Assembly: GCA_965222375.1 (NCBI GenBank)
Contig: CBDCTZ010000012.1
Span: forward strand, 32,001 to 96,000
Reading direction: 5' to 3'
DNA from: Polyangiaceae bacterium
GTDB lineage: Bacteria > Myxococcota_A > Polyangia > Polyangiales > Polyangiaceae
Length of the DNA stretch: 64,000 nt
Shown here piece after piece: positions 37,274 through 46,077 of this stretch. Below the pieces are notes generated by a model, which saw only the letters and a list, made by a program, of their open reading frames with translations, was not told the DNA's origin and searched no databases. Position 1 is the stretch's first letter; each line of letters starts with the position of its first letter. The position numbers and the translations under genes were made by a program.

Positions 37274-37408
37274 GAGGTGTCTAACCTAGCGCCAGCCAGC
37301 GCAGCTTTTCAGCAAAACCCGCGCAGCGCCGTGGAGCCCCGACAATTGCGGCTCCGATGTCGCCCGGGTTCTTGCTGGCGCGAGCCGGCGCCCGCTAGAC
37401 TCGCCCGC

Positions 37409-38317
37409 ATGGGGCGCCGGGCAGTCCACTTCGGGAAGCTCTTGGAGCTCGCCCCCTCTGGCCGCTGGGCACTGAGCCTTGGCGCGCTCGTTGGAGCCGC
37501 GGCGCTCGGTGGCTGCGCGACCAACAGCCCCAAACAAGCGTCGGCGGCCGGTGCTGGCGGCGGAACCGGCGGAGGGGCCACGACCGGTGGCGCCGGAGGC
37601 AGCGCGGGCAGCGCCGGCAAAGCCGCCGATTCTGGGAGCAGCGCGTGGCCCGTGAACCCGCCGCCCACCCAAATGCTGACGGTGATCACCGAAAGCTGGA
37701 CCGGTGTGCCGGCGACGCTTCAACGCTACGAAACCTCCGGAGGCGACTGGGCGCCCATTGGCGATCCCGTTCCCGTGGTCGTGGGCAAGAGCGGCCTGGG
37801 TTGGGGCAAAGGCTTGGTCGCTGCTCCCAGTGATGGTGGGCCACAGAAGCAAGAAGGTGACGGTCGGGCGCCGGCCGGGATCTTCTCCTTGGCGTCGGTC
37901 TTCGGCTACGCGCCGCCGGACCAAGCCAGCTGGGTATCGATGCCTTATGTGCATGCCACGGCGGATCTCGAATGCGTCGATGATCCAGCGTCTAGTCATT
38001 ACAACACTCTCGTGACCAAGAGCGGCGTCACGAGTGTGGACTGGAATAGCTCAGAGACGATGAAGCGCAGCGACGCGCTCTATCGTTGGGGCGTGTTCGT
38101 CAACCACAACACCGCTCCGACCGAGGCTGGGGCGGGTTCTTGCATCTTTTTGCATCTGTGGAGCGGTCCGAAGAGCTCGACAGTCGGTTGCACCGCTGGT
38201 GAAGAGCCAAAGATGAAAGAAGTCTTCGGCTGGCTCGATCCCAAAAAGCAGCCCGTTCTCGTACAGCTACCGAAAGCCGTCTACGACGCACAGCGCAGCG
38301 CATGGTCGCTGCCTTGA
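37409..38317 (+). CDS. L,D-transpeptidase (YkuD-like) family lipoprotein
   Basis: Lipobox LGGC, Gly linker, KQEGDGRAPAG, GSCIFLH...TVGC; 5' part of track ORF 36578 is a shadow of selB. Confidence 0.85.
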   Translation: MGRRAVHFGKLLELAPSGRWALSLGALVGAAALGGCATNSPKQASAAGAGGGTGGGATTGGAGGSAGSAGKAADSGSSAWPVNPPPTQMLTVITESWTGVPATLQRYETSGGDWAPIGDPVPVVVGKSGLGWGKGLVAAPSDGGPQKQEGDGRAPAGIFSLASVFGYAPPDQASWVSMPYVHATADLECVDDPASSHYNTLVTKSGVTSVDWNSSETMKRSDALYRWGVFVNHNTAPTEAGAGSCIFLHLWSGPKSSTVGCTAGEEPKMKEVFGWLDPKKQPVLVQLPKAVYDAQRSAWSLP

Positions 38318-38521
38318 GCGAAGGTGTTGCCAAAAGCGGCGGGCGTAGTCGCCGCACGCTGTCGCTGGATGGATCGACGCCCGTCAATCATGGCTGAATT
38401 GGGTTTGGGGTCGAGCGCAGCACGGCGCTAGGCCACTACTCCCGAGCCAGGCCCAGGGGTGGCGCCGGGCCTTTTGGGCGCGTGATTGCCTCGCGCCGAA
38501 CCCTGCATTAGGTCTGCCCGT

Positions 38522-38622
38522 GGAAGCGCTTGGTACGCTGGTGCGGCCCTCGGTCTTCAAAACCGATGGGGGTTTGGTGAACGCCAGGCTCCGGGGAGTT
38601 CGATTCTCCTGCGCTTCCGCCA
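38522..38622 (+). tRNA. selC: tRNA-Sec (anticodon TCA at 38557-38559)
   Basis: 8-bp acceptor GGAAGCGC/GCGCTTCC, D-loop TGGT, anticodon loop CTTCAAA, about 10-bp variable stem, 5-bp T-stem with TTCGATT, encoded GCCA end. Confidence 0.97.
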
Positions 38623-39110
38623 TGAGCAAGCAAGCCGCAAACAACAACAACTCCGCCGGCCCCATTCTGGTTCCGGTGGATTTCTCCAAGCATTCACAGG
38701 CTGCACTCCAGTGGGCGTGCGACCAAGCCAAGCCCATTGGTGCGCGGGTGATCGTGCTGCACGTCGTGCACGACCTGGCAAATGCTCCCGGCTACTACAA
38801 TCAGGACAATTCGGACCTGATGAAGCCGATGGAGGACGTCGCCGAGAAGATGATGAAGCGGTTTCTCAAGGACTGCGGCAAAGAGGTTGGGGACAAGAAG
38901 TACTATAAGCAGCTCGAATCGCAGCTCGTGGTTGGGCTTCCGGTCACCCGCATCTTGGAGGTTGCCAAGAAGTCTCGGGCGTCGCAAATCATCATGGGCA
39001 GTCAGGGGCGCACGGGTCTCAAGCGTCTGTTGATCGGTTCCAAAGCGGAGCAGGTTCTTCGCATGTCCAAGCTTCCAGTCACGATCGTGAAGGTTCCCGA
39101 GGAAGACTGA
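38622..39110 (+). CDS. Universal stress protein (UspA family)
   Basis: ILVPVDFSKHS, VLHVV, IIMGSQGRTGLKRLLIGSKAEQVLR..PVTIV. Confidence 0.93.
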   Translation: MSKQAANNNNSAGPILVPVDFSKHSQAALQWACDQAKPIGARVIVLHVVHDLANAPGYYNQDNSDLMKPMEDVAEKMMKRFLKDCGKEVGDKKYYKQLESQLVVGLPVTRILEVAKKSRASQIIMGSQGRTGLKRLLIGSKAEQVLRMSKLPVTIVKVPEED

Positions 39111-39115
39111 CGTCG

Positions 39116-40846
39116 GTGCTCAACCACTACGACCTGTGGACTGGGCTCTTCGGGGGGCTCGCGCTGTTCTTGTTCGGCATGGACAGGCTCACCCGCGCGC
39201 TCAAGGTCGTGGCGGGCGACCGCATGAAGAGCATCCTGGGCAAGCTGACGGCAAACCGTTTCGCCGGCGCTGCCACCGGCGCCGTGGTGACCGCAATCGT
39301 CAACTCTTCATCGGTCACGACCGTGATCATGGTCGGCTTCGTCTCGGCGGGACTCATGTCGATGGCGCAATGCGTGGGCGTGATCATGGGCGCGAACATC
39401 GGCAGCACGATGACTGCGCAAATCCTGGCCTTCAAGGTGGGCAAGATCGCGCTGCCCATGGTGACGGTCGGGTTCCTGGTGTGGTTCCTGGCGAAAGGCG
39501 ACAAGACCAAGCAATACGGCGCGTCCGTGCTCGGTCTCGGCCTCGTTTTCTACGGCATGAGCGTGATGAGCGACGCCATGCGTCCACTGCGCAGCTATCA
39601 GCCCTTCCTGGATCTGATGGTTGCCATGGACACGCACGCGCTCGCGATCGTCGTCGGTGCGGCGTTTACCGCGATCATCCAGTCCTCGGCGGCTACAACT
39701 GGCATCGTCATCGTGATGGCCGGGCAGGGCCTGATCTCTCTCGAGGCTGCCATCTCCATTGCCTTCGGCGCCAACATTGGCACTTGCGCAACAGCCGGGC
39801 TGGCGGTGATCGGCAAACCCCGGGAAGCCGTTCGCGCCGCGGTGGTCCATGTGCTGTTCAACGTGGTGGGCGTGCTGATTTGGTACTTCTTCATTGCTGA
39901 TCTTGCCCAGCTCGTCAGGTGGCTCTCGCCGGTGGGCGCGGGCGCCACCGCCGCCGAACAGGCTGCAGCAGCCGCGCCTCGTCAGATCGCCAATGCCCAC
40001 ACCATTTTCAACGTAGTCAACACAGTGCTGTTCATAAGCTTCACCGGTCAAATTGCCCGGCTGGCTGAACGCCTGGTTGCCGATCGCCCCCTGGAGGAGG
40101 CTGAGCCGCTGCGGCCCAAGTATCTTGACGACTCCCTACTCACGACGCCCTCCCTTGCCCTGACTCGCGCGCGAATGGAAATCGGACGACTCGGGAGGCG
40201 CGCGCATGGCATCGTCAGCGCGATCATGCCCGTGGCGCTGACGGGTTCGTCGGAAGAAGTACGCGCCGTGGCGTCTCTAGACAGCGAATTGGACGACCTG
40301 CACGCTGCGATCATCGAGTACCTGCGACGCGTCGGCGTCGACAACTTGACCCGGTCACAAGCCGCCGAGTTCGTGGAGCTGATGAAGATAGCCAACTCCT
40401 TCGAGGCCATCGGCGACGTCGTGGAAACAGACCTGGTGAATCTCGCCCTAGACCGGGTGGAAGAAGCTGTCCCAGTGTCGCCAACGACGGAGAAAGTCAT
40501 CACGACGTTCCACAGCTACGTTCAGCGGGCCGTCGAAGCGGCCGTGGAGGCTGCGGCTTCCGAGGACCAGAGCGCCGCGTTCGCTGTCATCGACATGCAC
40601 ACCGAGGTCAATCGGCTGGCGGACGAGGCCGCGATCCACGGCGCGCAGAGGCTTGTGGCGGATGAGCCGAACCGGCTTGCAGCCTATACGAGGGAAATGG
40701 AGATGGTGGAGCGAATCAAGCGCATCTACTATTTTGCCAAACGCGTGGCAGAGACTGTCCAGGTTGGCCATGGAGGAAGGCCGAGCATGATCCTCGGACT
40801 GCGCCCGCCAAAGAGTCGCCGGGGCTCGGACGTGGTGGCGGGTTGA
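39116..40846 (+). CDS. Na/Pi cotransporter family protein with PhoU-like C-terminus
   Basis: GGLALFLFGM, TAIVNSSS / TAIIQSSAA repeats, GANIG twice, IANAHTIFN. Confidence 0.93.
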   Translation: MLNHYDLWTGLFGGLALFLFGMDRLTRALKVVAGDRMKSILGKLTANRFAGAATGAVVTAIVNSSSVTTVIMVGFVSAGLMSMAQCVGVIMGANIGSTMTAQILAFKVGKIALPMVTVGFLVWFLAKGDKTKQYGASVLGLGLVFYGMSVMSDAMRPLRSYQPFLDLMVAMDTHALAIVVGAAFTAIIQSSAATTGIVIVMAGQGLISLEAAISIAFGANIGTCATAGLAVIGKPREAVRAAVVHVLFNVVGVLIWYFFIADLAQLVRWLSPVGAGATAAEQAAAAAPRQIANAHTIFNVVNTVLFISFTGQIARLAERLVADRPLEEAEPLRPKYLDDSLLTTPSLALTRARMEIGRLGRRAHGIVSAIMPVALTGSSEEVRAVASLDSELDDLHAAIIEYLRRVGVDNLTRSQAAEFVELMKIANSFEAIGDVVETDLVNLALDRVEEAVPVSPTTEKVITTFHSYVQRAVEAAVEAAASEDQSAAFAVIDMHTEVNRLADEAAIHGAQRLVADEPNRLAAYTREMEMVERIKRIYYFAKRVAETVQVGHGGRPSMILGLRPPKSRRGSDVVAG

Positions 40847-40883
40847 GAGCCCAGTGCCCGTAGTCGAGGCGCGACGAGGCCCC

Positions 40884-42344
40884 TCAGGGAAGTGGGCTGC
40901 AGCTCGGGCATGGATCTGGCACGAGCTTTGGCCCGGTGTAGTCATTTAGCTTGGACACGCGGTCGAAGCTGATCGCCTTGCCGTTGTCCAGATAGTGCTT
41001 GTTGTGACCGAGCTGGCCGATGGAGCAGTTGCGGGGGCCACCGAAGTTGTTGACGCCTTGGTTAGTGAACAGTCCGCCCGCTGGGTTCGTGTCGGGGTCG
41101 AAGCAGCCGTCGATCCAGGTTTGAATCGCGAATTCGTTCCATCCGCCCAGCCAATCCCCGTGGAGGCAGCCGCCTGGGGTCGGGGGCGACGCGCTCTCGA
41201 AGCCGTCGTCGCAGGATAGGCGCCAGGTAGAGACGCTCGCGCCTGGGTTCTTCCAACGAATCAAGTAGGAGATCTGCGGCACCCGGTACGGGTGCGATGC
41301 GGGGCAGGGATCGTTGTTGTTCACCCGCTTGGTGTGACTGAGAAAGTCTTGATGAGTCAGCACAGGGTTGCCCGTCGCCTTGCCATCATCCGTCGCTAGG
41401 CATTGGGGAAACTGGATGGTGGCTTGGATGTCCTGTCCCGATGGGCAAGCTGGCGTTCCCCCGGTGCCCGGAATGGTCGGCGACTTGGTCACGGTCTGAC
41501 CAGCGCTGGGTTCGTAACAACCCCAATGCAGACTATCCGAGGGCGTGAAGGATTTATTCACGGTGCCGCCGGCGTTGACGTTTCCGAGCAGCAGCTGGAT
41601 GCCCGCGGGCAGGGGCTGTACTTCCCAGGGTCGGTGTGACTTGTAGTAGAGCGTGATGGTGTGGGGAATGGCGAGGTTGCGGTTCCCCAAAGGCCCGTCA
41701 TACATCGCCGGCATCCAATACAGTGAGCGGTTGAGCGCGCCGCCCTGACAGCTGCCACCGCCGCTTTCCATGATGTCGTTGGGATCCGTGGGCCGCGACG
41801 GATTGTTGAACACCGAATGGGCACTGGCCTTGGTGTTCCCCCAGAACATGTGCAAGTGGGACTTGCACGGTGCATTGGGCTTGATGATCGGATCTTCGTA
41901 GCCGAAGTGCGAGTAGACGCAGCCAATTCGAAACTGGCCCTGGCCACCGGGACCCGCGCCGTTGTCGGGTTGAGAAACGACGTCGGTGAAGTCGGGGTTG
42001 TGAACGCCCTTGTAGGGGCCTGTAGCCGAAGCGTTGATCTCTGCCTGGGTCTTGTTGAGATAGGCGTTGTAGTTGGCGAAGTTGTCGACGGCGCTGAAAT
42101 CGTTGAAGGTACACTGGCCGCCTCCGGCGCCCGCCGAGCCACCGGAGCCGCCGCTTCCACTCGTCGCTCCGGAGTTGCCAGAACCGCCTGCGCCACCGCT
42201 CGCCGCACTTCCTCCACCGCCGGCCGTACCACCGGATGACGCGTTGCCCGAACCGGCCGCGCCACCGCTCGCCGCGTCGTTCGAATCAGAACCCGAACAG
42301 GCGCAAGCTAGCGGGACGACAGCGAGCAACCAGCCCAACCTCAT
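40884..42344 (-). CDS. DUF1996 domain lipoprotein with Gly/Ser linker
   Basis: Lipobox ACAC, DPIIKP...SHLHMFWGN, GGSC, NRSLYWMP, FPQC, CPASHPYRVP, LHGDW. Confidence 0.85.
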   Translation of the reverse strand: MRLGWLLAVVPLACACSGSDSNDAASGGAAGSGNASSGGTAGGGGSAASGGAGGSGNSGATSGSGGSGGSAGAGGGQCTFNDFSAVDNFANYNAYLNKTQAEINASATGPYKGVHNPDFTDVVSQPDNGAGPGGQGQFRIGCVYSHFGYEDPIIKPNAPCKSHLHMFWGNTKASAHSVFNNPSRPTDPNDIMESGGGSCQGGALNRSLYWMPAMYDGPLGNRNLAIPHTITLYYKSHRPWEVQPLPAGIQLLLGNVNAGGTVNKSFTPSDSLHWGCYEPSAGQTVTKSPTIPGTGGTPACPSGQDIQATIQFPQCLATDDGKATGNPVLTHQDFLSHTKRVNNNDPCPASHPYRVPQISYLIRWKNPGASVSTWRLSCDDGFESASPPTPGGCLHGDWLGGWNEFAIQTWIDGCFDPDTNPAGGLFTNQGVNNFGGPRNCSIGQLGHNKHYLDNGKAISFDRVSKLNDYTGPKLVPDPCPSCSPLP

Positions 42345-42578
42345 CCTCGGGCCCATGCCGGGCATCTTTCGTCGCATGCTTACCGGTGAAGCAAACCACA
42401 TACCAAGGAATTCACTGGCAATCGCCGGCATCGGAGTGCGAGGGTGCGGCGGCTCGGGACGCGCTGGAGCCGTAGGCGCGACACCAGCGGTCGCGTCCGG
42501 TGAGACGCCGGCTTCCAGCCATGGCGGCTGGGAACACCCCCGTTGCGAGTTGCCAAGGCTTGACGCACCATGCGGGCC

Positions 42579-43526
42579 ATGAAGCTTCATCAGACCGTTT
42601 CACTCCTGGCATTGGCAGTGGCGAGCGCTTCGACAGCGTGTTCCAGCGATGACGACTCGTCACCCTCGAGCGGCGGATCCGGAGGAGGTTTTTCTGATGC
42701 GTCGACGGGGGGCTTCGGCAACTTCGGGACCGGTGGGACATCGACAGGCGGTGTGGGCGCGACCGGCGGTGTGGGCGCGACGGGTGGTATCGGAGCAACT
42801 GGTGGCACCGGCGGTTCCGCGGGTGCGTCGGGGTCCGGTGGGGCAGGCGGCGCGTCAGATGCCGGATCAGACAGCGCAACCGGCGGGAGTGCAGGTGCGA
42901 GTGGTAGCGGCGGCGCTTCCGGCAGCGGTGGCGCCTCGGGTGGAAGTGGCGGTGCCAGTGGTGGCACTGGGGGTGCGAGCGGCGGTTCTGGTGGCGCCAC
43001 GGGAGGAACCGGCGGCGTGCCATCGGATGCCGGCACCGGGAAGTTTGTCTTTGTAACGTCGAAGACTTATCCGGCGAACTTCGCCTCGGCCGGGGACGCC
43101 GCCAAGATTGGCGCGACTGAATGCAAGCAGCTTGCCGACGCTGCTGCGAAGACCGCCGGCAAGATCTGGCACGCGTGGCTTTCGACGGGGCTGTCCGATG
43201 CGGTGTCCGGGCTGACGGGCGTGACTGGCGGTTGGCATCGAGTTGATGGCACGATGGTCTTTGCCGGCGTGGGTCAGATAACCGGTGGAAGCGCACCGAG
43301 CGCGGCAATCAACCAGGACGAGAGCGGCAAGTTGGTAGCCGGCGCAAAGGTGTGGACGGGAACCGACAAGTTTGGAAAGAAACTGAACGGCCAACATTGC
43401 GCGGCATGGTCTACGACGGCCACCTTCGGGGTCGTTGGGGGTTCGTCAGCTGTGACGAGCAAGTGGACGGATGACAGCATCGAGAGCTGTTCGGGCTCGG
43501 CGCGGCTGTACTGCTTCGAAAAGTAG
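42579..43526 (+). CDS. Gly-rich lipoprotein with DUF1554-like C-terminal domain
   Basis: Lipobox STAC, long Gly/Ser/Thr linker with TGGVGA repeats, FVFVTS..C..LA..WHAWLS..WTGT..C..W..LYCFE. Confidence 0.8.
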   Translation: MKLHQTVSLLALAVASASTACSSDDDSSPSSGGSGGGFSDASTGGFGNFGTGGTSTGGVGATGGVGATGGIGATGGTGGSAGASGSGGAGGASDAGSDSATGGSAGASGSGGASGSGGASGGSGGASGGTGGASGGSGGATGGTGGVPSDAGTGKFVFVTSKTYPANFASAGDAAKIGATECKQLADAAAKTAGKIWHAWLSTGLSDAVSGLTGVTGGWHRVDGTMVFAGVGQITGGSAPSAAINQDESGKLVAGAKVWTGTDKFGKKLNGQHCAAWSTTATFGVVGGSSAVTSKWTDDSIESCSGSARLYCFEK

Positions 43527-43623
43527 GCGCGGAACCCGAAACCTCGCTGCGGCCCGGCGGGGCCACGGGGCCGCCGCTTGTCTTTGCTGGTACGGCCTGA
43601 ACCGTTTGCAGATGCCGCGACAC

Positions 43624-44502
43624 TCAAGGACTCATGCGGGTGATTTTTGGTGCGAAGGCTGTTCCGGTACACGTCCAACCTTCACCTTCTTCCACGCAAC
43701 GAATCAGCGCGACGGCGGTCGCGCCCAGGCGCGCGCCTGCCTCACGAACTCCGTTGTACACCGCAGCTCGCGAGCAGCCCGCTTCGCAGCGAGCAACGAT
43801 GTCTCCAATCCTTTCAGCGCCCTCGGGTGGCTCGCCCACGGCCTCCACGCGGTCCGCCGCGCGTGGCTCACGTCGACTGGCGTCCTTGGCGTGGGTGACC
43901 CGCACCCGGATGCGCCAGGCGACTGTCGACTCGTCGGTGTCTGGCTCATCGACGTCGGTCTCTTTGCCTTCCGAGGCAGGTGACGTGCGCTTGGGCGACG
44001 CAGTGTTGGTCGGTTCGCTCTGGTTGGGGATCGGACGCGCGACCTCGCCTTCGCAAGCGATGCGCGTGGTCTCCACGGTGACTTCCTTCTTCTTGCCGTC
44101 CTTTTCCTTCGTGCGTGTATCCGTGCTGGTATCCGTGTCGCAGCTGCGGCCGACCAGCGTCGTCCCACCCACGTCGGCGACCTTTCCGCGCATCGAGCTA
44201 ACGAGTTTTCTCTCCGAACACAGCACGTCGCTCAGCAAGATGTCGTACCACTCCACGTCGCCGCTCGAGTTGCTGCAGGAAGCGTTGACTTCGCCGATGA
44301 CCTCGTGACCTTTCGGCAGGACGCTCGTCTCTCTGACCTGATCCGCAGACACGACTTTGGGGTAGCGGGTTCCCGTATAGGACGCTCCACTGAGCACGGT
44401 CCCGCAGCCGGATCCGAGCAGGACGACGAAGCCGAGAGCGACTGCGCTGAGTTGAGGCTGCCGCGCTGTAGCGAAAAAATGACCATTGGCACGTTGGTTC
44501 AC
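43624..44502 (-). CDS. Hypothetical lipoprotein with two similar alpha/beta modules
   Basis: AGGAG RBS before GTG 44502, lipobox GSGC; repeated P.G.E.IG.[V/I].A.C ... A...G ... C.G pattern. Confidence 0.7.
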   Translation of the reverse strand: MNQRANGHFFATARQPQLSAVALGFVVLLGSGCGTVLSGASYTGTRYPKVVSADQVRETSVLPKGHEVIGEVNASCSNSSGDVEWYDILLSDVLCSERKLVSSMRGKVADVGGTTLVGRSCDTDTSTDTRTKEKDGKKKEVTVETTRIACEGEVARPIPNQSEPTNTASPKRTSPASEGKETDVDEPDTDESTVAWRIRVRVTHAKDASRREPRAADRVEAVGEPPEGAERIGDIVARCEAGCSRAAVYNGVREAGARLGATAVALIRCVEEGEGWTCTGTAFAPKITRMSP

Positions 44503-44942
44503 ATTGACGCTCCTCGAGAGGACGAACCCAGATGTCGCACCCGGGCCCGAGGTGAAAGCCGGGCTCGGGCAACGTGCCCGAACGCCGCGAGCCCCACTGC
44601 ACCATCGATGCCAGCGGTGACCCGAGTCGCAAGCACCGCAGAAAGCCGCCTCGGCAGAGGTGTCGCGCCGAGCAGTGCAGCACCCGCGTGAACCGCGGGC
44701 TTGCGACACTGTGTACGGACTTCACGCCGTGGCCGGCGCGGTGGACGCCCAGTATTCGAATCTGGACGATGAGGTCCGTCATGTAGGTGGCGCCGAGCCC
44801 TTGTGTTTGATAATGGAGAGTCCCCACAGATAAGCGTGTTTCTCGACCTTGAGGGGGATTTCCTCATGGCTCAGCGAATGTCCTCAGCAACGCAGCGCGG
44901 TTCGGCGAGCGCACCGCTGCGCGGGTTCGTCGGGACCCCTTC

Positions 44943-46070
44943 GTGGCGAGCGCGGCTCTGATGCTTTCGCCCCAATCTCTTCTCCGCGCTGGGTGCGTTG
45001 CCGTCGCCGCTCTGGCTCTGGCTAGCTGCTCCAAGGGCAAGGCTCAGCCCGAGGCGGGAGCGTCGGCACAGCCCGCGGGATCGGCTTCGCCGAAGACGGG
45101 CCCCAAGGTTCGCGTCGAGGTAGCCGAGCTCTTGCCTACCAAGGAGAGCCTGGTGCTGGAGCTGCCGGGAGAGGTCGAAGCGGCGCGGGATGCATTGCTA
45201 GCGGCGAGTTTGGGTGGGCACGTCGAGCGCGTGAAGGTCAAGACAGGTCAGAAAGTCAAGAAGGGCCAAGCGCTGGTTTGGGTCGATAGCGCCACCCATC
45301 GCGCCCGGGCCTCCCAAGCCAAAGTCGAATACAAAGCTGCGAAGCGCGAACTTGCCCGTGCCAAGGCGCTGGGCACTACCATCCCCAAGGCAGAAGTCGA
45401 AGCTGCTGAAACGCGTCTGCGTGCCGCCGAGGCAGCTGTGTCCACGGCGCGGGTCTCTGCCAGCCGCGCGGTCATCAAGTCTCCATTCACTGGCACGGTG
45501 GTCGACGTAGACATCGAAGTGGGAGAAGTGGCGGCGCCGGGCGTGCCCTTGGTGCGCGTCGTGAAACTCGATCCCGTCAAAGTCAGCGTTGCGGTTTCGG
45601 ATCGGGATGTGGTGGCGCTGAAAGAAGAGATGCCAGCGTTGGTCAAGTTTGCGGCGCGAGGCGAAACCGCCAATGGGCAAGTCACCCGGATCAAGCGGGC
45701 TGCGGATCTGCGCACGCGCGCATTCCAAGTCGAGGTGGAGCTGGACAACCCTGATGGCAAGTTCTTGCCGGGAATGATCGCTTCGGTACACATCGACACC
45801 AAGTCGAAGGCGGATCAGATCGTCATCAATCAAGACTGGCTCGTCACGCGTCGCAAGGATGTCGGCGTGTTCCTGGTGCGTGGCAATGTCGCGCGCTGGC
45901 GCCCGCTCAGCCTGGGGCAGGTCATGCGGGATCGGGTCGTTGTCAGCAAGGGTCTGACCAAGGGTGATGTCATCGTCATCACGGGGCATCGCGAACTGGT
46001 GGATGGGGACCGCCTGATCATCAACCGGCGCGGCAGGTGCTGTCGCGAGGGTCGCGTGGAGTTTCAGTGA
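44943..46070 (+). CDS. RND efflux periplasmic adaptor (MFP)
   Basis: Lipobox LASC, VKTGQKVKKGQAL, IKSPFTG, TRAFQVE, FLPGM. Confidence 0.93.
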   Translation: MASAALMLSPQSLLRAGCVAVAALALASCSKGKAQPEAGASAQPAGSASPKTGPKVRVEVAELLPTKESLVLELPGEVEAARDALLAASLGGHVERVKVKTGQKVKKGQALVWVDSATHRARASQAKVEYKAAKRELARAKALGTTIPKAEVEAAETRLRAAEAAVSTARVSASRAVIKSPFTGTVVDVDIEVGEVAAPGVPLVRVVKLDPVKVSVAVSDRDVVALKEEMPALVKFAARGETANGQVTRIKRAADLRTRAFQVEVELDNPDGKFLPGMIASVHIDTKSKADQIVINQDWLVTRRKDVGVFLVRGNVARWRPLSLGQVMRDRVVVSKGLTKGDVIVITGHRELVDGDRLIINRRGRCCREGRVEFQ

Positions 46071-46077
46071 GGCGCTC

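Noticed and set aside
36578..37408. 5' extension of the 579-aa ORF
   Set aside because: Mostly antisense to selB; signal peptide and domain begin after ATG 37409
38520..38621. N-terminal 34-aa extension of the USP in the ORF track
   Set aside because: This interval is the tRNA-Sec gene; treated as non-coding, although the frame is open
44540..44720. Cobalamin riboswitch (GGTGAAAG and CCACTG-like words)
   Set aside because: Core elements such as AGGGAA, GGGAAG and the AGYCAGRAGAC B12 box are absent or out of order
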